NCBI GenBank assembly: GCA_038046805.1
Contig: JBBSVO010000004.1
Location: 97,419 to 161,418 of the forward strand
Reading direction: 5' to 3'
From: Candidatus Micrarchaeota archaeon
Lineage (GTDB): Archaea; Micrarchaeota; Micrarchaeia; Anstonellales; Bilamarchaeaceae
DNA: 64,000 bases
In this document: in pieces, positions 58,312 through 64,000 of the stretch
Layout of the letters: each line of letters opens with the position of its first letter
Position numbering within the stretch: the stretch's first letter is position 1
The notes under the pieces: model-generated
Told to the model about the DNA's origin: nothing
The model's input: the letters and a program-made list of their open reading frames with translations, nothing else
Database searches by the model: none
Position numbers and translations under genes: made by a program

Positions 58312-59895
58312 ATGGAATATGCGAACATGAAAGCAAAAGATGCTCTGATTGTAGGTGCGACTATTGCCGCAGGTGCGTGGGCAGTCAATCACTATAAGCC
58401 TGAAATTTTCGCAAGAGGGGCAAGGTTAATTGAATCCATTGTAAAACCCGTTGGAAACGCAATAAGAAGAGAAATAAAAGATTTTATCCCATTGGCAGAC
58501 GAAGAAGCGGCCAGAACAGGCAAATACTTCTGCAAAAGGACAGAAATGGAAGACAACATGCCATCAAAAGCGATTACTGCTAAAGAAGAGGATTATGTTT
58601 CGGTGTGTATCTGGGATAATGGGGAATTTATAGCAACAAAACATTCTACCGGAAGAGAGATTACGCTGAGCGAGAAATGGTTTCCTCCGGATACTTATCA
58701 TTACTGGATGAAACTTCTTGACATTCGCGGGGATGTAACTGTCACATTTGATGGAGACGACAAATTTGAAATGGAGGAAGAGGTCATCAAAGCTAAAGAC
58801 AAAGGCGGCTCAGAGAAATTTACTGTGGAATACGAATGCGAGTACGAAGAACCTTGTGGAGGAGACAACATTCGCGCAGTTTTCATAAGACCATGCGAAA
58901 AGCAGTTGTTCAGAGACGGTGCTTTCGCAAACGGGGACCTCGGAACAAGAGTTGACGGCGGAAGCCTTGAAAGCGTCTGCGAAGACCTTAAGGAAAGCGA
59001 GATAACAGATGTTTTTGTTGCTTTCAAAGTAGACCATGAAGGGAAGGGTTGCGGAGACTACGGGGAACTGCTTTATGACAGTGAAAAATACCCTCAGAAT
59101 GTAAGCGAAAGTTTCAGAAAAGCATTTGAAAGCGGAATAGACCCTATAAAAGAGCTGATGAAAGCATGTAACGGAAAGGGAATGACGTTTCATGCATGGT
59201 TTCCTGTGTTTGCTGACAGGATAGCCGCAAAGATTGCGGGGGTTTCTGCGAGAAATGAGGCTTTTGGATGTGGTGGGGAACCTATGTTTAGCGAGGTTTT
59301 TGCAGATCCGGAGAATGAGAAAGTTGTCTCATATCTGTTAGATCTCATTGACGAGATCAGAGTAAAGTATTATCCACTGGCAGGCATAAATTTAGATTAC
59401 ATCCGATACCCTGGAGCGACTGATGGCGATATCCCCGCGTATTATACTGTAAAAGTAAATCCAGTAGCAATCCAAAACTTTGTAATAGAAGCAGAAAAAA
59501 GAGCCAGAACTCTTTCTGCCGACGTATTTCCTTCAGAAAGCAAAAGAATAGAGGTAGGCCAGAATGGGATTTTACAATATATGGATATGATAATGCCAAT
59601 GACATATGTGGGGCTTACAGTTGATGATTCTGATTGGATCGCAATGTGGGTAAATGACATTTATTATTCATACCCTCTCAGGGATATCGTGCCGTTATTA
59701 AAAGGCTGGGGGACAGGCCAAGATTTGATTGAAGGTTTAAGCAAAGATGTTAAAGCTGCTAAAGATGGACGTGCAAATGGTTACGGAATATTTACGTATG
59801 AATCGCTGCTAACAGAACAAGGGGTGTATCAAAAATTAGTGGATGTTAAAAAAATAATAGAACCGGAGGAAGAAAAAGATGGCAAAGTTCATTAG
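58312..59895 (+). CDS. GHL10-like glycoside hydrolase-like protein, copy 2 (start may be 58327)
   Basis: Protein identical to copy 1 from GAWAVNHY to FADPENE, then divergent (GINLDYIRYP, LSADVF, MDMIMPMTY). Confidence 0.75.
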   Translation: MEYANMKAKDALIVGATIAAGAWAVNHYKPEIFARGARLIESIVKPVGNAIRREIKDFIPLADEEAARTGKYFCKRTEMEDNMPSKAITAKEEDYVSVCIWDNGEFIATKHSTGREITLSEKWFPPDTYHYWMKLLDIRGDVTVTFDGDDKFEMEEEVIKAKDKGGSEKFTVEYECEYEEPCGGDNIRAVFIRPCEKQLFRDGAFANGDLGTRVDGGSLESVCEDLKESEITDVFVAFKVDHEGKGCGDYGELLYDSEKYPQNVSESFRKAFESGIDPIKELMKACNGKGMTFHAWFPVFADRIAAKIAGVSARNEAFGCGGEPMFSEVFADPENEKVVSYLLDLIDEIRVKYYPLAGINLDYIRYPGATDGDIPAYYTVKVNPVAIQNFVIEAEKRARTLSADVFPSESKRIEVGQNGILQYMDMIMPMTYVGLTVDDSDWIAMWVNDIYYSYPLRDIVPLLKGWGTGQDLIEGLSKDVKAAKDGRANGYGIFTYESLLTEQGVYQKLVDVKKIIEPEEEKDGKVH

Positions 59896-60619
59896 TATTT
59901 TGATCGTAGCCTTCCTGGTTTTTCTAGCAGGTTGCATAAAAAACAGTACAACTGATAACTACGATAATATGGAAGAAATTTTCAAAAAAGCCATAGAAAC
60001 CAAAAATAAAACCATTTGTGGTAAGGCATTGGGATTTTCCAATAGGTGCTACAACCAATTAGCAAGAATAGAAAATAGACCAGATGAATGTAAACCAATC
60101 CTTTCTTCTGAACCAACAAAAGGCACATGCCATTATGCCCCGGGGGATTTTACGCCAAATTACTGCTCAATTTACATAAAATACGGTGGTTATGAAGAAG
60201 ATTATGGTGCGTGCATAGCAGAGGCATCAGATTATAACGTAAAATTGTGCACGCAGCTAAACGATATGAAACAACAGGAACTGTGCTTAGTCACAGTTTA
60301 TCTAAAAAAAGAAAACCTGACAGATCCCGAAGTCTGTCCCCTTCTGGAAGAGAAGAATAGACAGGACGATTGTAAATTAATTATAATAAAAAATAGTTGT
60401 GATGCAAATCAGTCAGACTGCAAAGTACGACGATGCCTTGATTTGGGATTCTCAGATATTTCCAGTTTAGATCTTTGCAAACAAAGGACTGCCAAGACCA
60501 CATGCAAAAACGATACAAAACAGTGCTCGGTTGATTTGTGCGAAGAACTTAACCTAAGCAATCAAAAAGAACTGGAAAGATGCGAAGAGATGGTATTTCG
60601 CAGTATTGACAAGAACTAG
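59879..60619 (+). CDS. Cysteine-rich lipoprotein
   Basis: Lipobox FLAGC; many regularly spaced Cys. Confidence 0.75.
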   Translation: MAKFISILIVAFLVFLAGCIKNSTTDNYDNMEEIFKKAIETKNKTICGKALGFSNRCYNQLARIENRPDECKPILSSEPTKGTCHYAPGDFTPNYCSIYIKYGGYEEDYGACIAEASDYNVKLCTQLNDMKQQELCLVTVYLKKENLTDPEVCPLLEEKNRQDDCKLIIIKNSCDANQSDCKVRRCLDLGFSDISSLDLCKQRTAKTTCKNDTKQCSVDLCEELNLSNQKELERCEEMVFRSIDKN

Positions 60620-60664
60620 ATGAGATCATAGAGAGAATAGAACCCGAAAAAGAGGGCGAACACG

Positions 60665-61060
60665 ATGAAAAGTAAATTATTGCTCATTCTTATAATTTTC
60701 CTAGGAATCGTTCTGGGTTCACTCCTGATTTTCCTATTGTCTGATTTATATATGATTTTTTCCAACAAAATCCCTCTTTCGGCATATTTTGAATATACTT
60801 CATACAAACTTGAGTATGGTTGTCTGGATTGTTTTCAGCGGATGGAATCGTGCAGAGTTAAAGATAAAAGTACAATAGATTACAAGGTTATTGGTGGAGA
60901 AAAAGCAGAGGTTGGCAAAGAAACACATTTTGATATAAATGGAATGGAGATATGCAGTTTCGTTTGGTCTTATGGAATGGCAGATGCGTTTGGGTATTAT
61001 TACAAAAAAGCAGGGTGCCCACAGATAGAAAAATGCAAGATTATTTTCGGGGGGAGTTGA
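60665..61060 (+). CDS. Small membrane-anchored protein, paralogue of 56518
   Basis: N-terminal TM; C-terminal YYKKAGCPQIEKCKIIFGGS. Confidence 0.75.
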   Translation: MKSKLLLILIIFLGIVLGSLLIFLLSDLYMIFSNKIPLSAYFEYTSYKLEYGCLDCFQRMESCRVKDKSTIDYKVIGGEKAEVGKETHFDINGMEICSFVWSYGMADAFGYYYKKAGCPQIEKCKIIFGGS

Positions 61061-61074
61061 ATATTTTATTTATA

Positions 61075-61119
61075 GGATTTGTTCTTTGAACCGCTCTCTG
61101 GTCCGCCGTAAGGTATATA
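61075..61119 (+). repeat. Junction motif copy E
   Basis: GGATTTGTTCTTTGAACCGCTCTCTGGTCCGCCGTAAGGTATATA. Confidence 0.9.
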
Positions 61120-61144
61120 ATAGTATATTACACTAATTATAACT

Positions 61145-61783
61145 ATGCGATTAAGGAGTAAGGCATTACTTGCAGTCAGTGCTGTTGCATTCATTAGATG
61201 CTCTGCTCCTTTGATTGAGGATGCACATGCGCAGGAGAGACCAGCAGTTACTGTACCAGTATTACCTGCACAGACACAGCCAACTGCTAAACCAGAGCAA
61301 GACGCGAAACCCGAGGAGGAAGCAAAACAGGAACCAAAATGCACTGGAGTTACTGTTGAAGAGATTAGAAGATGGGATGAGGAAACGACACGAGCTGGTC
61401 AAAGAGAGGAAGCATGTTTAATGACTGGAATTGAGTGCCTTTTTATAAGAACTTTAGAAGGGCATTATTTTGCTATGTCAGACATTGCAAAAAAGTTTAT
61501 GGTAATTAGTTTTGGATATAGAAAAGAGACCGTACAACCAACCGAAAAAATAGAACTTGGGATATTATTTGAAGACTACAAACATACTCCTGAAAAAGTG
61601 CCAATTAGTATCAGATTAGTTCGAAAATACGAAACTTCCGGTGTAACTATCTATGCATTTACTGTGCCTACCTCAACTGAAAAAGGAGAATCCCCTATTT
61701 TTAGCGAAACGATGCCTTATGCTTTTATAAGTGGTTTCCGAAGCAATACTTTAGATAAAGGTTATGGTCGTTTATGCCCTTGA
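61145..61783 (+). CDS. Putative lipoprotein, constant N-terminus/variable C-terminus family, copy 1
   Basis: MRLRSKALLAVSAVAFIRCSAPLIE identical to 62746; Pro/Glu linker; unrelated C-terminal domain. Confidence 0.75.
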   Translation: MRLRSKALLAVSAVAFIRCSAPLIEDAHAQERPAVTVPVLPAQTQPTAKPEQDAKPEEEAKQEPKCTGVTVEEIRRWDEETTRAGQREEACLMTGIECLFIRTLEGHYFAMSDIAKKFMVISFGYRKETVQPTEKIELGILFEDYKHTPEKVPISIRLVRKYETSGVTIYAFTVPTSTEKGESPIFSETMPYAFISGFRSNTLDKGYGRLCP

Positions 61784-61794
61784 GATAGACATTG

Positions 61795-62700
61795 TTATCT
61801 TTTTGTCTTAGTTATATATTGTTCAGCTAGTGCCAGAGCCCGACGAGCTTCTAAGTCGTTACCGTGGACGCTCAAACCAAATCGTTTAGAAAACAAAGCG
61901 AGTCGCTGTAATTCTTCCTCATTCTTAACCAGAAATTCCTTTTCATTCTCTGTAAATTGTTTTCTTTCTGCGGTTTTTCTCAAAATACCTCTAAGTTCTT
62001 CACCATCCAGCAGTTCTGGTTTAATCGTCTTATCTCCTAATTTCCCAACATCCTCCAACACTGCCCTTTCTAATCTCACTGCTTCATCAGTTGATTTGTC
62101 AGGCATTCGATGATACTCTGCTAGTTTGCTTTCAATCGCCAATCGTGCGGAATCCCAATCCTTGCTCAGGTAACGCTCTGTTTCATGCTGGGATATTTCA
62201 TGTCCTGTTGGCTCTCTGGCATGCTGTGCTCTGAAATTGTCAAATGATTGGGCGAACTCTGCTCTGGATTGCTCTGCTTTGGATTCTGCCTTTTCGTAGA
62301 CTTCCATTGCTCCTTTTACCTTTGGATTATCAAATAATTCAGGCTTGGATGATTGCAATGCAGGGATATCTTTGGACGATATATCCTCTCCGGTTGCCTT
62401 TGATAAATGCTTTACCAAACTATCTCTTGCTATGTCAGATGCCCCTTGTGCTACTTCAAATTCATGATGGGATTTTGCTAACCTGTTATCTTGATTTATT
62501 TCCTGCTTGTATTGCTCTGAAACACTGCGGATATGGTCTGGTGGTGCTCCTTGGAGCGATTCTGGCGGGCTTGTGACTTGGGTTTGCTCTGCTGTTCTCA
62601 ATGCTCTTTCAACATGGTCCGAGACTGCTTGTTTTATTACTGGGTTTGTGGATTCGGAGACTGATTTAACGCTCGGACTTGTTGGATTTGAACCGCACGC
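61795..62700 (-). CDS. Start-less (orphan) C-terminal module, paralogue of 63621-64000
   Basis: The frame is open upstream of the TTG at 62601 through junction F (GSNPTSPSVKS) to a stop near 62725, with no upstream ATG. Shares EYHRxxDKxxDEAVRLERAVLED with the last ORF. Confidence 0.65.
   Translation of the reverse strand, partial: ACGSNPTSPSVKSVSESTNPVIKQAVSDHVERALRTAEQTQVTSPPESLQGAPPDHIRSVSEQYKQEINQDNRLAKSHHEFEVAQGASDIARDSLVKHLSKATGEDISSKDIPALQSSKPELFDNPKVKGAMEVYEKAESKAEQSRAEFAQSFDNFRAQHAREPTGHEISQHETERYLSKDWDSARLAIESKLAEYHRMPDKSTDEAVRLERAVLEDVGKLGDKTIKPELLDGEELRGILRKTAERKQFTENEKEFLVKNEEELQRLALFSKRFGLSVHGNDLEARRALALAEQYITKTKR
62665..62696 (+). repeat. Junction motif copy F (divergent)
   Basis: TTTAACGCTCGGA (shared with C) plus TTGAACCGC, followed by the TATA-like TAGGTATTTA. 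Confidence 0.75.
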
Positions 62701-62745
62701 TCGGAAACGATAGGTATTTATTATTTATTAACTCTAAATACCACT

Positions 62746-63615
62746 ATGCGATTAAGGAGTAAGGCGTTACTTGCAGTCAGTGCTGTTGCATTCATTAGAT
62801 GCTCTGCTCCTTTGATTGAATCGGCACATCCTGAGCCAACTGAAAAAGTCGGCTCAAGCTATTCAGAACCAAATAGAATAGAAGACGGAAAACGAAATCA
62901 AGATTTAGTTGGTTCTGAACATGCGCAGGAAAGACCTGCGGTTACTGCGCCAGTATTACCGGCACAACCAAGCGAGAAGCAGAAAGAAGAACCTGCGAAA
63001 CCAAAGCCTCAGGACTCAAGACCAGCAGACTGTCCCTCGGTGGTTTATGAGCCTGATGAGAGATGTGGGTTGGAAAGGAGAGAGTGGAAAGGCGGACCGA
63101 TTAGCGAGGAGGAATTGAATGAGGGAGAGAGAATATTATTTATCAAAAAAGAATTCAGAGATTGCTTAGGTCGATGGGCAAAGGAAGAACAAAGAAGAAC
63201 AGAAACGTATGACCGTACTGGAAAGTGGCCTAGAAAATCAGGAATAACATGTAAAACGGAGTCTAAAAAAATTCCTAAAACACATCGAGCACTTATGAAA
63301 TGCGGACCAGATGAGCATACGAACGCTTTTCAATTAACAACCGATGGAGCAGAGATAGCAATCATTGATGGAAACGATATTTTTATTAAATGGGATAATA
63401 CTCCCGCAACCTTGGTGATAGTTATTAAAAATGAAAAAACAAATGAAGAAACAACGTATCTGTTTCGACTCGTTAACCAACCAAGGTACGCGGTTATACC
63501 AAATGGAGATGGTAAAACTAGTGATTTAGTAGTCTGGAGTGGAGGCAAACAGATACGAATTAATCTAGATGTAAGTTGTACGCCCGTCTATAGTGAATAC
63601 CCGGATATTAAATAA
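62746..63615 (+). CDS. Putative lipoprotein, constant N-terminus/variable C-terminus family, copy 2
   Basis: Same first 25 aa and HAQERPAVTxPVLPAQ as 61145; different C-terminal domain. Confidence 0.75.
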   Translation: MRLRSKALLAVSAVAFIRCSAPLIESAHPEPTEKVGSSYSEPNRIEDGKRNQDLVGSEHAQERPAVTAPVLPAQPSEKQKEEPAKPKPQDSRPADCPSVVYEPDERCGLERREWKGGPISEEELNEGERILFIKKEFRDCLGRWAKEEQRRTETYDRTGKWPRKSGITCKTESKKIPKTHRALMKCGPDEHTNAFQLTTDGAEIAIIDGNDIFIKWDNTPATLVIVIKNEKTNEETTYLFRLVNQPRYAVIPNGDGKTSDLVVWSGGKQIRINLDVSCTPVYSEYPDIK

Positions 63616-63620
63616 AAAAA

Positions 63621-64000
63621 TTAGTCTAATCTCTCAGCAGGTTGTTCAATGCTTCGTTTTAATAACGCGCCCCTACTCTCTCCTAACTTTTTATAATGAG
63701 ATAAACTTAGATTCTTTGAAAGTTTATCTATTTCGTGTAACTCATCACCATGCTTTTCTATGAATGCATGCATTTTTTGTATTTCTTCATCTCCATGTTT
63801 TTCAATGAACTCATCAAACTTCTTTTTTGACGAGAGCGCGTCTCCCCTTTCCACCAACAATCTCGCTCCCTCTTCATCCATTATCTTCGGATTTATCTTC
63901 TCATTTCCGCTCACCCTCCCCATATCCTCCAACACTGCCCTCTCCAATCTCACAGCCTCATCACTTCCCTTATCAGCTAACCTATGATATTCAGTTAACT
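63621..64000 (-). CDS. C-terminal end of a gene starting outside the window
   Basis: Frame open to the window edge: LTEYHRLADKGSDEAVRLERAVLEDMG...; diverges from its paralogue after this motif. Confidence 0.75.
   Translation of the reverse strand, partial: LTEYHRLADKGSDEAVRLERAVLEDMGRVSGNEKINPKIMDEEGARLLVERGDALSSKKKFDEFIEKHGDEEIQKMHAFIEKHGDELHEIDKLSKNLSLSHYKKLGESRGALLKRSIEQPAERLD

Noticed and set aside
54979..59895. Diversity-generating retroelement TR/VR pair
   Set aside because: The repeat is 935 bp and apparently identical, divergence outside it is not adenine-specific, and there is no reverse transcriptase in the window.
56934..62696. Integron attC sites or Xer dif sites
   Set aside because: The junction motif lacks the RYYYAAC...GTTRRRY ends and long imperfect palindrome of attC and the 11-6-11 inverted arms of dif. 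No integrase is visible.
62684..62700. tRNA fragment (GGTTCAAATCC on the - strand)
   Set aside because: Matches the T-loop consensus, but no full T stem or cloverleaf can be formed, and it lies in an open coding frame.
917..63987. Numerous short ORFs antisense to or overlapping confident genes
   Set aside because: Shadow ORFs with no motifs, fully overlapping well-supported CDSs.

Overview
Archaeal chromosomal window (TFB, aIF-1A, aIF-2beta, RIO1, archaeal BRE/TATA promoters). The gene mix suggests a DPANN, probably Micrarchaeota-like, genome; that taxonomy is inference only. Housekeeping genes (carB, carA, purL, argS, tfb, ahcY, topA, pgk, tldD, CorA-like) are interspersed with about nine toxin-antitoxin modules (2x AbiE, RelE, 3x VapBC, frameshifted MNT-HEPN, 2x HicBA), two VirB2/TrbC-like pilin paralogues, a 1906-aa orphan protein and large beta-propeller surface proteins. 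Four unusual features stand out. (1) From ~54.6 kb to the window end is a cassette array punctuated by six copies of a junction motif (core TTGAACCGC, usually followed by TC..TGGTCCGCCGTAAGGT). Most copies abut a TATA box on the + strand and encode a G-S-x-x-x-[N/S]-P-like peptide on the - strand, where one copy opens a start-less orphan C-terminal module. The cassettes carry duplicated GHL10-like hydrolases, HicBA pairs and constant-N/variable-C lipoproteins. (2) Small IS200/IS605-like palindromic elements are present, one inserted in frame (141 nt, 47 aa) in carB. (3) A separate 45-70 bp two-hairpin REP-like element occurs solo, nested and as a tandem array. (4) An AAA ATPase gene is bracketed by 60-bp direct repeats. 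Degenerate heptamer repeats also invade coding sequences. No rRNA, tRNA, cas gene, integrase or transposase was recognised.
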